Below the pieces are notes generated by a model. It ran no database searches, was not told where the DNA came from, and was given only the letters and a program-made list of their open reading frames with translations. A stretch of DNA of 64,000 nucleotides from Marsupella aquatica (lineage: Eukaryota > Plantae > Marchantiophyta). Below are positions 1-13,895 of the stretch, piece by piece (the stretch's first letter is position 1; each line of letters opens with the position of its first letter). The translations under genes were made by a program, and so were the position numbers. The DNA is taken from the NCBI GenBank assembly GCA_973895155.1, contig OZ316895.1, forward strand, positions 4,839,181 through 4,903,180, read 5' to 3'.

Positions 1-2332
1 AAATCGGTCATCTTCGCCATTCTCTGAATCAGAGAATTCCACCCTCGCCCTCCTCGCATGTCGAGGCTTCTTCCTCACTGCCCGAGTCTTCTTCTTCTCC
101 ATGCTTGTTTGGGGAGGCGGAATGGGAGGTGCTTCCTCTCTTGCAATGACCACTAGGAGCGATCCAACTGCATCAGCCTGGGAGCTTCATCGGGTGTAGG
201 AGGTCGAACTGAAAAGGGAGTACTAGGCCTCTCCTGCCTCCTGCGCTCATCCACAGCTCGGATTGGAGGTGCCATAAATAATACTGGGGAGGAAACTGTT
301 ATTCCAATACCCAAGAGAATCACCCTCTCCCTCCACAACGTCAAGGCACAATTGCAAATGGGCAGCAAACGTCAAGGCACAATTGCCTCCAAGCAGCAAA
401 TGTCGAGGCACGATTGCCTCCAGACAGCAAACGTCGAGGCACTTGAATTGCTCCACAGAATGCCTCACTACAATCCTCATTGCATAATGTATACAAGGGT
501 TTGTAGCGAGTGCTAGCTCCACCTGCAAGAGTAGAAGCTCCTGGTGAAAAAATGTGTTGGCAGTCCTATAGAATAGGACCTGTCCCGCAGCTTCTTTAAT
601 GTTGAAGGGACTTGTCTAGCTTGCCATCTCATGTGAATCAGGACACGATGTTGGACAGAATTGACATGCCCTCAATTAAAGATGGTGACACAAACAATGT
701 TTGGCACATGCAAACAAGACACTCACCAAGGTCAATTATCAGTATAACCTGCCCCTTCGATGCCACAAGTGGTCGATTAAATCATTTCTCAAGCGGAAAT
801 GGTTTTCTTTTTTGTGAATTTCCCTATTGGCCTCAAGGAATTCAAGCCAGGGCATAAACCCTCGTCTCACATTTGGTGGCCTCACCCTCAGATATGGAGT
901 AAACTCTTCACCTCTTTCATCCTCCAATATCATATTGTGGAGGACCACACATGCCATGAGAATGTGAGTCAAGTTTGACTCATACCAAGATCTTGCAGGC
1001 CTCTTGATAATTTCAAACCTGGCTTGGAGCACACCAATTGCCCTCTCAACATCTTTCCTGGCACCTTCTTGGCATCTGGCAAAGTGACTAAACTTTTCAT
1101 TATGTGGAGAATGAATAGTGGAAATGAATATTGACCACTCTGGATAGATGCCATCCACTAGAAGATATGCTCTATTATACTCAACACCATTCACATGGAT
1201 AACCATTCATTCAAAAGAGGGGATCTATCAAGCACATTCAAGTCATTGTTGCCCCCTGCCAAACCCCAGAATGCATGCCAGATCCAAAGTTCCTGATCTA
1301 CAATTGCCTCCAGTATGATAGACTTGGTCTTATCCTTGGCACTGTGTTGCCCCTGCCAAGCAACTGGGCAATTTTTCCATTGCCAGTGCATGCAATCCAA
1401 GGATCCAAACATTTTTGGAAATCCCCTCTCTTGAGTAATTTCCAAATGACTCTGAAAATCTTGAGTGTTTGGCTTTCTCAAGTACCTGGCTTCATAGATT
1501 TCCCTAATGGCTTTTGTAAATCGATACAAAGACTCCAAGGCTGTGCTCTCTCCGATTCTGCAATATTCATCCATGGCATCTGCCCCTATACCATAAGCTA
1601 GTTGTCGTAGAGCTGCCGTTAATTTCTGGTGTGGAGACACACCTGGTTTTCTTGCTGCATCAAACTTCAAACAGAAATAATCATCATGTTCACACACTGC
1701 AAGAAGGATTTTGTTGAATAATCTACTGCTCATTTGAAACCTTCTTCGAAATTTGAGTTCTCCATATGTAGGATTATCAGAGAAATAATTGTTCCACAAA
1801 TCCTGTGCACCCTTCTCTCTATTCTGGTTGACATTCATGCTTCTGCCTGGCCTTGACCCTCCATGTTTTCTTATCGTTGGAGGTGCCAGAATATGCTGGA
1901 TGGACAACGGTCCACTATACATCATCATCCCCCAAAATCGATCCTCCTCATCCCAATCGTCTTCATCATCTTCCACCATGTTCAAGAAATCCTCCCTCCA
2001 TGTCTCCATAGGATCCATAGCAGCAAACCCACGCAAACCAAAATCTGAAAAACAGAGCACGGGCGATGGCGCACGACGTCGAGGAGGAGAAAGACACCAA
2101 GAAACCAATTTGCTGTCTCGGTCATCGCGAGCATGACTGATGAGAAGATTGACCGGTTCGAACCGGGACTATACCAGTTCAAACACTGGTTAACGAATAC
2201 AGGTCGTATTTTGGAGGCAACCGATGGGGAACGTTCAACTCGTCGTGTGCCACACTATTTCCCAGGCGTTATTCCAGGGGTCAAATTTTTGGCTATAGCG
2301 GCCAAGGGCTGCCAAACCGTTGGAGATGCTCT
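1..2332 (-). mobile_element. PIF/Harbinger DNA transposon; other end lies outside the window
   Basis: Transposase ORFs inside. Terminal TTGGAGATGCTCT at 2320-2332 (reverse complement AGAGCATCTCCAA, a typical PIF/Tourist end) is followed by TTA, the expected 3-bp target. Confidence 0.8.
739..2108 (-). pseudogene. PIF/Harbinger (HARBI1-like) DDE transposase split by a frameshift or deletion near 1200
   Basis: Motifs FRRRFQMS, MFGSLDCMHWQWKNCPVAWQGQ, NNDLNVLDRSPL (ORF 1191-2108), then DGIYPEW, RKDVERAIGVLQARF, ACVVLHNMILEDE (ORF 739-1206). Confidence 0.9.
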
Positions 2333-2842
2333 TTAGAGACACTGATTGCCATTGGGCGTGCGAGTTCTCTACCAAAGGAGAGCTATGAGTGTTGGACCTG
2401 ACATTCCCAACCTGTAAGGTTCTTCTGGGGTTTTGGGTTTAGGAAAAGCAAATGTTCAGAACCATTCGCAATTTCTCCTGAGTTCCCTTGAATGTAAAAG
2501 GTGAGTAGTGAGGCATGGAATGGGGCGGGCAGGTGTGGTTTGATGTTCGCGAGTATAGAGATTGTGGGTTACCTTCCTGGTCGAGTTCTGCCGTAGATTG
2601 GAGATTGCTACGAGAATGATGGCTTCAGCTCTGGCGCATACCTTCCTCCCACAGTACCACTCCATCACATCCAATTCTGGATCTGTTTGAGCACGAGCGA
2701 CATTAATCGATGTACAGATGGCCCATTTGATCAATTCGGAGAGTTGGGACGTGCATCAGATTAATGACGGTAATGTTAATGAATCCCTTCTGTGAGTAGG
2801 AGCTCTAGTAAGAAGTAGTTTTTCGTCCTGAGGGTAAGGGAG

Positions 2843-5800
2843 ATGGGATTTAGGTTCAGCCGTCGAGCTGTGAGGAGACTTTTCTCCAATTATTATGCCA
2901 CTGCTGCTGCTGTCACATTTAACAGCGGATCGTCATCTTCTGGTTTACTTTCAAAGAGAGGCGACTGTGGAGCACTCGTCAGCTCAACACTGTGGTCATG
3001 CACCTCCTCCAGGGGGACTCAAGGCATGATGGAGACTCCTTTTGGGGCTGCAGGGAGCTGCTCCTTTCAAATTACACTAGCCACCACCCTCCTACCGGGT
3101 CGTAAGTTATACTCGACAGAGTCACGTCCAGACGAGAGGCTTGTGGACTCAAAAGACAGCTTTGGGGCTGCAGAAGTTGCTGCTCGTGGATGGCAGATCA
3201 CCGAAGAGAGCGAGAGTGATTGGAGGGGTCACGCAGCTGCCATCGCCCGCTCGATTCAACTCATCAAGACTAGGATGGAGGTTCGTGAACGGCTTCCATT
3301 CTAGAAAAAACCTCAACCAATCTCCTGATGTGTCAAGTCAACAGAATAATTTTGTGGATACTAAAGTTCCTCCTTGCCTGTGTAAAGTCAGCCGACTTGA
3401 GTTCAGACTTTCATCTGATGATTTCAGGAGGTAGAGGTGTTGAGATTGGGTTGTACAGAATTCCTTTCGCCTTGACTTCCTGTAGAATGATTGAGTGCTA
3501 CGACATAATCCCAATTGAACAAGGGGCAAAAAATGAGAAAAGACGGCAAATTTGCCAGAAATAAGAAAATGGATGGACCCTAAGAAATGTGGTGAAAAGG
3601 CTCATTAATGCTTAATAAGACTCGAAACTATGCCCAAGTCTGGAAAGATATGCAGAGATGTATAATATTTCTCTACATGTGATGGGGAGTTTTTCCATCC
3701 TCAACTTTTGTTTCCTACACCTTAATACCGGATCTGGTGAAAGATGATGGAAATTTGTGTTGTGATCTTGAAGCTAGGAAGTTATCACTGTCGTTCAACC
3801 TGATCTTTGAAAGCTGATATGTTTGGTGGGTGTCGTTAAGATCCTCAGTGGACGACATTGTTATCACGGCTAAGGCAACTCGACGAAGAGCTTTTAAAAC
3901 CAGACTTGTGGGACAATTCATCTTCGGCCTCCAAAACAAATCGAGAGAGGGGAAGGCTTGCCGGACGTATACAAGCTGTAAAGGATATGGAGGCTGAACT
4001 TGTGGAGCAAATTGGCATGGCGGAGCTTGCAAGGGAAGAGAAGGATAAACAAGTTGAACTTGTGAGTTGCACCACCATTTTTTGAAGGGAATAGTTTCTG
4101 AATCGAGGTTAAAAAAGTGGTGATAGGAAAATTTTTAAAAGTTTTAAAATTTGAGTTGAACTTACTGTGAATTTAATTATGGTTCCCAATAGACATCGAT
4201 TCACCTGCCAACCTCGTCGTCAGTTTGTTCAAGGCTCCCGAGTAGCCGTCTACTCTTGTCGAGAATGTGGACATATGAATTCGCTTGCAGGAACACTGCT
4301 TAATAATAATTCAAGAAATGTAAGCTGCCAAAATATCATGGCTGTCCATGCATTTGTCAGATTTCTAAGTAAGTGCTTTGTTCTGAAGGATGCAAAGGAG
4401 GCCCTGGCAGTTCTACGAAAGGTCGCAAAGGAGAAAGAGCTTGCAGCGTTGCTTGCTGGAGAGCAAGATGAATGTTCTTGTTACTTAGAGGTCTTTACTC
4501 CTTTCTGTTTTTTGCCGTTATTTTGTTTTCACAGCCACAAATCACAAATGATGTTAATCTCGTTCTGGATTTATGTATCATGGACGTCAATGCACAGAGT
4601 TTTGAGACTCTGAAGCATCTATCGTTTCTGATGCTCTCTTTGTATTGAAAGCTATATTTTTTCAGCTTGAAGGCTGTATCATATTATGGCACGTGCATGG
4701 TTACGCATCGTCGGATTCAATCTTCAAAATCACACCAAAAGTATCGATCTGGACTTCTGTTCACCTGATTATGTACAACTGCAGCTAAGTTTTGCCTTTG
4801 TTCATGCTATTGTAAAGCAGGTGCAAGCTGGAGCAGGAGGAGTTGAGAGCATGGATTGGGCTGCAATGATGCTTCGCATGTACAGAATGTGGGCTACGAA
4901 CCGGGGTTACGAAGTTTCAACAGTGGAGGAAATGTTCGGGGAAGAGGCTGGAGTCAAGGTAAGGTATTGATTGACTACAAAATAGCAACGTGCCAATGCT
5001 CTAATGGTGAGGGTTTCGTCTGCTTGTTTTACGGGTCCAATCATGGCCACTAGAAATCATAACGGCAGACATTGAGCCACTCTGTGCAACTAGTGCAAAG
5101 CGTTCCAGGGAAGCAGGTCATTAATGGATCTGTTGCGTTGGCAGGTCTGATGATTCGGTTTCGTTTAAAGAATCAGCCTTGGGTGAGAGGGTCTGATGCA
5201 ACTAATCCATAAATGAGGGTTAGGATCCCAGACACTTAATAAGTGTATTTGTTGACCATAATCCTTATGTCTTAAAATATCTGACTAGTGCCTGACGGGA
5301 TTTTCTGACAGAGGGGTACCATCCGGATAGATGGTCAGTTTGCTTATGGGTATGCAAAAAGTGAGGCCGGGGTGCACAGATTGGTCCGCATCTCCCCTTT
5401 TGATGCAGGCAAGCGGCGACACACGTCATTTGCAGCAGTAGCTGTGATGCCAGTGCTAGACGAGTCGGCAATCAAGATAGAAATTGATGAATCTGACCTT
5501 CGTATCGAGAGGTATCGGGCTGGGGGTGCTGGAGGGCAGCATGTGAACAAAACAGAGAGTGCAGTACGAATTGTTCACATACCAACAGGCATTGTTGTAC
5601 AATGTCAGGCTGACAGGTGAGAGATTGTTTCTCGAGATCAGTAAGTCCTTATGACTTGCGAACGTAAAGTGAACCATAAGGAAGAAGCGTTTGAGATCAA
5701 TCAGCCTGTATGAAACGTCAGCTGACCTTCCCACCATCATTGAAGCTCTTGTTGAGCTGAAAGTTGTGTTATGTGTATTACTTGCAGGTCACAACATCGT

Positions 5801-6209
5801 AATAAAGCTACAGCCTTAGGAGTACTGCAATCACGCTTACACCAGATGGAAACAGAGCGTCGAGCTCGGGCTACAGCTCAGCACACTGAGACGCTTGGTG
5901 ATATCACTTGGGGAAGCCAAATCCGATCATATGTCCTACAGGTTAGTACTCAATTTAATCGTTTCACTTCAACTCGATTTTGCTGTGGTCTCTCTTCGTG
6001 ATAGGCAATTTTAGAGAGAAATGGAAAAACTATGCTCTTATCCTTTGATGCCTGTCAATTTATAGCCATATCAAATGGTGAAGGATCTTCGGACGGGGTA
6101 CGAGGATTCAGATCCTGCATCTGTATTGGACGGTGATCTTGATAGCTTCATTTTGAGCTATCTTGCAAGTCAAGTACGGGACAATCGTCGCCTGGACGGT
6201 GTACAATGA
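2843..6209 (+). CDS. prfB: Organellar (probably mitochondrial) peptide chain release factor 2, 7 exons: 2843-3280, 3849-4061, 4389-4490, 4821-4958, 5312-5616, 5788-5941, 6066-6209
   Basis: Exons join at GT-AG sites. [23 protein letters not shown] (RF2-specific SPF), [38 protein letters not shown]-rich N-terminal presequence. Confidence 0.93.
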
Positions 6210-7960
6210 GTCAGTCTCGGGTAGAGAAGAAACGCTTTCCTTGCACAGCAACGTATCTATGACAGTAAGTCTTAAACTTAGTTGGATCACAACTATCCTG
6301 ATTTTTGCTTTCATTTCAAATATCCTTGTCAAGTCATTCTCTCCGATTTTCTGTGCAATTACGAAGAATAGGTGCCCGATATCAAATTTCGAGTTCCCGC
6401 TTGTGTGAGTTAGGTGCCCTTCATCTGTTTGCATCCAGTGTTACCCGACCTACTGTTTGTTCCCACCTTTGAGTATGATGGACTGAAACCATGTGATGGC
6501 TAACACTGGACCACTGGGAAGGTAGCTACAGTAATTGTGGCTTGTCATAATTGGAAATTTGAAACGGTTGAAATGATTCTTCGCATGTAAGGATTAGTGA
6601 GAAAATGATTGATCTTCTCCCACTGTGCTCTGCAGGCCAAAAATTCTGAGCGAATGTCCCAGTTGACATTGTCTTGATCAAGAAGAGCATTCTTGGTTTC
6701 TATGCCTAACCACCTTGTCATGGCATGCCAAGGCGTTCGGCACAATTAAATAATACTTGCACGGCTAGAGATTCGCAAGAGGACCTAGGACGCATTTGTT
6801 TCTGTAAATTCGGCATCGAATGAGTCCGTGAAGTTAGTGGCGTTTTGGGAATCTCCACCGCTGGGTTCACCTACCTGCATTTCATGAATCTGAATCCTTT
6901 AAAAACCACCTCCACATGGCTATTTTTAAGGTGTCCATTTGCACCTGGTATCCATCCATAGAACTCGTGAGATGAGGGTAAGGCTGAAAAGAGATCGAGT
7001 TTCACACATCAGATCCAACGGAAGGGTGTTTCTCTCCAGCAATGCTGAAATGGTAGAGAACTTTCTTCCGTAAGCATTGTGGGAGCCCTCCAACATGTAG
7101 AATTGTCAATGCAACAACTCGAAGGGGAGGTTTCTTACTAGAAAAAACCGTGACGATAAATGTACATCAGATTGTTTGGAATGCAAGCTAACAAATTTTG
7201 ACGCTTTCCCAATGCGAACCTGATGAAGTTATTTACTGCTCTTGGGTCCCGTATGTCATTCTGGTGGGATACATGAGCTATAGGTGGACCATTTGTGATG
7301 ATCTTCGTTGTTGCTCTTGGTTGGAATGATTTCCAGGGAAGGTATGTGTGACACAAGAAGCCCACAATGCTATCAGTTGAGAGAACAGTGTCATCTGTAC
7401 TTTGGCCAGCATTTAATTAAGATCATTGTCATCAACTTGCGACTCAAAATCGCCTTTGTGCATCCCCAACATGACTAGGAACTTCGCATCCAATCAGATG
7501 AAATTCAGACCTTCGGTTATGTCAGATTATGTCTTAAGTGTCTCGTCAACCTTTTGAAATATATATAGAGCGACCATACTCAGAAATACCGGTACATGAA
7601 TATTTTCAATCTGTATGTCAAGGCAAGGGAGCGAACAGGAAGCACAAGGAAGTGGTTGGATTTGTGGCGAATACCAAAGTAAACAATACAGAAAGTGGAC
7701 AAGCTTTTAATTCTCCGACATGCTTTAATTTTCCCTTAGGGGTCGAGAAGATGTTGACCATTCATTCCTTACTAAGCAAAGAGGAAAAGGCAACACCGCA
7801 ATCGGGCCCAGCAACAAGCGTAAATTCTAACGGAGCTCTTGAACGGAAATTGAACGGAGCTCATTTACGTTGTGAGCAATGGGACAAGGAAAGAACCTCT
7901 GCATTCAATACTTTTAGCAGATGCATCCTTGGTGAGACGCTAAAAAATCAGGAGACTTTC

Positions 7961-10900
7961 TCATATAGGAGAGCGACCAGAACGCAAGTACACACGATCA
8001 GCACGTGAGGTAGAACGGCCATCACGACTACGTCTAGAAACAAGTGCGTTATTCAAGCTTTCTAGCGCAGCATCAAGGACCTGAGACGATTGATCAAGTC
8101 CTACTCCTGCTAGCTCGCTCCGCGTGCTCAATTCTAGCAGCAATTGCGCTGCAGCCGCTGCTGTACACGTCCGCTCTGTAGACGGCTGCGGCCTGGAAAT
8201 CAATGAAACCCATCAGTCATATCTCTCTTAACTTAGAGACAAGTCAGTACACACAAACATACAAATTGCAACTTGTTCAGCGTATCTGTCAAAGTAAAAT
8301 TCCATGTAGACTTTGATTCAGCTCATCTGGTCAACCAGAGCATATGCTTCACAACGAGAAATGCTCGCAGACCATGACCGCCTTGAAAGGTCAAAAGCGT
8401 CTTCCGTAATCATCTTTTCTTGTTAGAAAACATTGAGCTCAAGTCAGAGATAGGATGAAAGGCTCAGAATGGCAAGCAGAAATCAGTCACTGGGGATTTG
8501 ACGTCTTCTTTTGCTGTATATACCTCAGGTCATGTATGACAGAAACCTCGGTTGGGGACAATGCAACGCTAGGCATTCCGCCCTCTCCCCATAATCCAAT
8601 TGCTCGCTCCTGCCCGCAACAAAACCAAATAAGTAGGACACTTGTGAGATGCTCATCAACAACGGAAGGCTGTAAATTGTCCCTTAAATAACAACACGAT
8701 GATCAGCATATACATGCCTTGCAATGGGAAACTATCGGGTAAAAGGGGAGAACAAGACAGAAAGAGCAAGAATAATTCTCACAATAGCTTCATCATCAGG
8801 TACCTACCCTTAGGCGGCTAACCATTGATTTAGAGTTGGACCAAGTTCCATCAATTAGCACAAAATGCAATGTGCCTGATACACCTGCCTGTACAGCCGC
8901 AATGTTCCCATTTCAGGACGTGCATTCCTCCACTACTTAGAACAACAAACTGCCATTCGGCTTACGTTTTGTACCTTGACCTTCTGATCGTAAAAAGACA
9001 CTGGTTGAAAAAATATTAAGACTGATGGAAGTAAAGCCGTTCACGTATGCTAAAAACACCCTAGCCCTTGATGTTAGAGGCGCTTCACTCAATTTAACCA
9101 GAAAGAGTTTTAAGAAGCACTCAAAACAAGTTGCCATTCCCTTTAATTTCCTATAAGTCTGTAACGTGTTAGCCTTTTGCGGGCAAGCGTAAGAACATAT
9201 TTTGGTAAAGCATACCTCGTTCTTTGCTTGGTCCGGTATGGGTATATCAACCACTCGACATTCTGGAGGAGTCTTTTCTGGGAACACACACCAGACTCGG
9301 TCTCCACCTGTACACAAGAGGAAAAACTTGTGACATTCACGATTGACATTTCCGTCTAATGGAAAAATGCATGGAAGCGAGGCCTGCTGACAAGAATAAG
9401 TAATAATGCACGTTTCTGGGCTGAAATTCGAAATGTAGACCTAGAGCGATGAACAATTGAACCTAGAATCTCGTTACCTACCTAGGAGGGAGCACCCCAA
9501 CACCAACATAATTGAACTCGAAAACTGGACACTTTGCCCTTATACAGTGCAAGTGGTGGTTTAAAAGCAGCGAGAGAACTATTCTATTAATTGGAATTTA
9601 GCAAGGTCATATGCGCGATGTTCTTTCAAGACCATTTGCTACTGATTCCAGAAAAATCTGGGCCCCCTTCAAATCATAAAAGCAGCATTTGTCGATGAAG
9701 ACGGAATGGAAAAAAGCTAACAGTAGCAAAAACTAAACTGGAACGAAGAAGACATGAGGAAAGGGCTTTAGATTGCTATGCTATGTAATTCTCACAAACA
9801 TTCCAATGAGGAGCTCAATGCATGAAGGTTCGAAGGTAGACCAGCTTGTTTGAAGACTTCCCACATTGCCTCTTCCTGCTCCTGGACACCGCAAACTATT
9901 AGCCGTCCAGCAGTGTCCCCAAATACTTGCCACAGTAACTTTCCTGTGTTGTTTTTCCTCAGAAAGTCCTGTTCAACATCACACAGAGTGTTGGCATACT
10001 GTTTGCAAGGTTCCGACGAAGGATCGAACTAAAGATCTGTTCCTCGTCACGCAGAGGGAGCTAAGAACATAAAAGCAGCCTCAAGTTCAATGAGAAAATG
10101 GAAGGAAGAATGCCACAAATACCTTTGGATGCATGTAGATCCAAAGACATACACCTCCATAGAGGGCTCCAGTCTCGAAGGTTCGACACATGCAGTCTAC
10201 TATTGGAAGCCAGCACTGCAGAAACAAGTTGGGGTGAGTCTTCAATCACTGTAGCATTACACCCTACATTCAACACATCTGGCAAACTGAAAACTCGGTC
10301 CAAAAACATGCCAGGACAATATCTACCAAGGCTGTCTTCTCACCATTCAAAGCTCAGAAACAAACCCCTGATACAGCCTAGCTTGGCAAGCATATGACTG
10401 AACGATTAAGAACTAACGTTTTCACAGGCATAACCCTTGCTTCCCAGGACTCGGCAAGCTAATTGTCGTGCTGCAAAATTTTGCAACTTCTCTTCGGAAT
10501 CTGACAGAGTCTGATAAAAGGCTCTGTGCCTGTGATCCTCAACTGCTCCAGGTCGCCCCTGCATAGGCAAGACAAACTGACGAGCTCATGTTTGGCGGAC
10601 CAGAAAACGGGACCAAAATTCAACCTGTTGGACAACAGACATGACGTATAACTCTTCCTACCATATTAAAATACACGGAAGTCCGTTGCTCTATTTGCTC
10701 TTCAAATGTTTAATTCTTGAGAGACTGCCACTTGAAACCCTTTTCTTTCCCTCCCTTCCAATCATACATTCATCCATTACGCCACAAGACCATTTTAGTC
10801 CTGGCAACGATACTAACGCATTTTGGTGATGTGTTGGTAAACTAGTTTTGGTACCGCCCCAGCCGTGACCTCACTTGCGCAGATTGGAGAATTATGACGT

Positions 10901-11807
10901 CGAAGAGTATCATCTCAACCTTTCGACATTTGCTAGGCACGACCTCAGAGATACCTAGCCTGAGAGAACCTCCTCAAAACAATCATGGCTCCCCAATCCA
11001 AAGTCAATCACTTCAGTCAGTCTGTGAGATCGGTGAATAAAATGGCATTTGGAGAACTTAGTCAATTTAAATCCCAGCGAGAGGCGCAGAAGGATAGTCG
11101 AGGGACATAGATGGGCGGCACCACAGTATCATGAGACCCTGCCCTTTGTACCTTAGCACTCAGGTCATCCATTGCCGGGTAATAAAGCATTTGCGCCATT
11201 CGGATGCGACTTCCACAACCCTCTCACAGGAGAAACTGACGTATGTAGGAAGAACCATAAATCACAGGGATCCAGCAAGAACTGCGATGAACCCTTTAGG
11301 AGAAGACAATGTCCATCCTACTGGCTGTTCGCTAAGCTGATTAAGTACTAGCTGAAATGGTACCTTGAGAGATCCACGAGGCCCTCCGAAGACAAGCTCT
11401 TCCCCGAGCTCCAGCTCCAGCTCCTTGATGGTCCGCATTTGGATCCTCACCAGCTCTGGAATCTCCGTCTTGCAGAATTTCTGCCAATCCATCCCAAGCA
11501 TTTCATCGTCTCGACTGGGATCATTCTGCTGCAGCTGCTGCTGCTCCTCGACGCTGCTGAGGCTGTGAACGGATTTGACTCCAGATTTAGTAGCGCCAGC
11601 CTTCACTCCCTTCCTGGCTGTCCTCTTGGGCGGGATGGGCAGGGGAGAACTTTCACTCGGCATGAGAATGTTACTCAATTTCGAGAACCCACCTCCCCCT
11701 CCTCCCCTTCCTCGTTGGAGCAGAAGGGCGCAGTGTAGATTATGGCTAGTGAGGGTACTGGACAGGAAGAGCGCACGCGTGAGTAGGGGCCAACCTAGGA
11801 GAAGCAT
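7961..11807 (-). CDS. DTW-domain protein (DTWD2-like tRNA-uridine aminocarboxypropyltransferase family), about 8 exons
   Basis: Spliced minus-strand segments: FAARQLACRVLGSKGYACEN|CWLPIVDCMC..YMHPK|DFLRKNNTGKLLWQVFG (~9842-10560), HFVLIDGTWSNSK (~8825-8870), R|PQPSTERTCTAAAA (~8150-8195). ATG at 11807, stop at 7961. Some exon boundaries are approximate. Confidence 0.85.
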
Positions 11808-13709
11808 GAAGTCCCACGTTCTTGGGCAAAAACCCAATGGAGCGAAGCCTTGTGTTAGACTAGCCCGAGCCCTAAATTCTTCTGAGCTTCTCACTCAAGG
11901 ACAGGATGGAGTCTTTGATTTCAGTCACAAATTCTATTTCTCACTCTTTACCAAGGGTTGACGAAAGCTAAGCCAACCATTTTGTAAGAGAGAAATTCAG
12001 CATGCTGCTAGCCCATAAGAGAGCTTTAGGGTTTTCAGTTTTCACATAAGGGCAGAGAACGGGGAACGTTTGAGGAGTGATTCGGTCAGTGCAATGCATA
12101 TCAAACAGTATTAGGGTTTCCGAGTTAATGGCAGGGCAGAGAGACGAAGTGTTCTGGGAGGGATTCGGAATATACACAACACAGCGACAAAGGGGTTCTG
12201 GGTTTTATTGCAGGGAGAGAGAAACAGAAGATTTCTCAGTTCGGCGAATTAGTAAAAGTGGCAAGATGGATGCTCTGGGCCCGGCGAGATGCACACTGAC
12301 AGGATGAGAGTTTTCAATTTACTGAAAGGGTGGAGAGCGATATGGTGACTTTTCTAGCTCGGTCGATCGAGGGGACGGAGGCCTCTGCAAAATTAGAGGT
12401 TGTCTGCGTCTGCCAAGGTCTGCACTGAACGGCGAGTTAGGACCTCATTGACGAAGATGTTCACTTTGTGAAAACTAGACTATACACACGAGCTGGCAGA
12501 GGACAAGAGTGGAATTTTAACGATGGAAGACAGAAGAGGCTGTGTGGCCACATAAATATCAATTGATCCAAAATGCGGAAGGAAGGGCGAGCTCAGTCGC
12601 CAGAGTTGACAAATTAAATTTTGAGTAGGTCTAAAGAACTTCAGACAGACACTTAGAAGAGCGAAGGCTGTGTTTTCCAATGCTATGACCCAAATGCCAT
12701 TCGACTCAGAAAACCCAACACCGCCTGATGCTGCACCACATTTACTGCAGGCATTTGTAGGCTAGGCAGGTGACAATTTAGTGCAATGTGGTTTCAAAGA
12801 TTCTCATAAGAAATGAGATAATGCTCAACGAGGGCAGAGCAGCTGTGTCTAGGAAGTGGACAGCATGAAAGGAAGGGTTTTAACTCCAAGGAAACCATAC
12901 AGGATATGAACTAAAGCCCAATGAAAAGTTTCCTCAGAAGAAGTTTCTGGATGTCAACTGACACTACAGTATTTTCTTCACCAATTACTTAACGACAAAA
13001 CGTCTTATACGTGAGTCTGTTGAATTCTGAATGGCAAATACATAGCAAAACCCTACGAGATGAGAGAATTTGACAATCTCAATCTGACAACAATCCAGTG
13101 ACACTGATTCACTCAGACCTATGCTAGAGAATATAAATGTCGAGAACACACCAAGCGACTTGATTGTCTGCGTACAATCCCGTGACAAAACTCGGTTGAG
13201 GGCTAGAACAGCAATTTAATTCGTCTTCTAAACAACGGGACAAACTCGGGATGCTTGAGAAGCGGGCCTTGTCAAACTTGATATTTTCAGTCACAAATGG
13301 CTAGGAATTTCCCTTAACTCTGGCCTCATTTCTCGCGGGCCATTCATTTTATACTCCTCAAAATGTAGATATCAGTCTGCTGCCCATCCACCGCGATGAG
13401 CATTCGTGCGGTACTGAGTCTGACTCCATGAACTACAGAATCGAACTAGAATTTCAGAGACAAAAGCTCATGTAACTCCAACCCGAAACATTTTGACAGG
13501 AAATAGATTCAAGTACTTCAAATAAAGAACAGCATTCCGAAAGATGCCTCCAATGATGGTTCACGGAGAAGGCAATCCTTTTCGGGTTTGAGTCTTCCAC
13601 ACAATGTTGCACCATGATTGTGCCCAGAGAAACGGGAGTGTGCTGTAAGCTTTAGATGAGATCTACATCCCAAGCCTTTTGCACCGAAAGTGTAGGGTAA
13701 CCCATGGTT

Positions 13710-13895
13710 TCAAGGGGATTGTGCTCCCAGACAGCCCTGAAAAATAAGAAGGGAAAATCATGAAGGGCACTAAGGGATGTATAATCCCAAGAGGGTGAGT
13801 CCAAAGCAGATTATGCTCCCAGAATGCCCTGGAAAATATGATGGGAAAATCATGAAGGGCATTAAGAGATGCATAATCCTAGGAAGGTGAGTCCT
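13710..13895. repeat. Diverged direct duplication of a ~89-bp unit
   Basis: gatt(g/a)tgctcccaga...ccctg..aaata....gggaaaatcatgaagggca.taag.gatg.ataatcc...gggtgagtcc occurs twice. Confidence 0.7.

Noticed and set aside
1-528. Second (Myb/SANT-like) Harbinger gene
   Set aside because: A plausible basic/acidic minus-strand frame runs off the window edge, but no diagnostic domain is visible.
2843-6209. Programmed +1 frameshift as in bacterial prfB
   Set aside because: All frame changes are explained by GT-AG introns.
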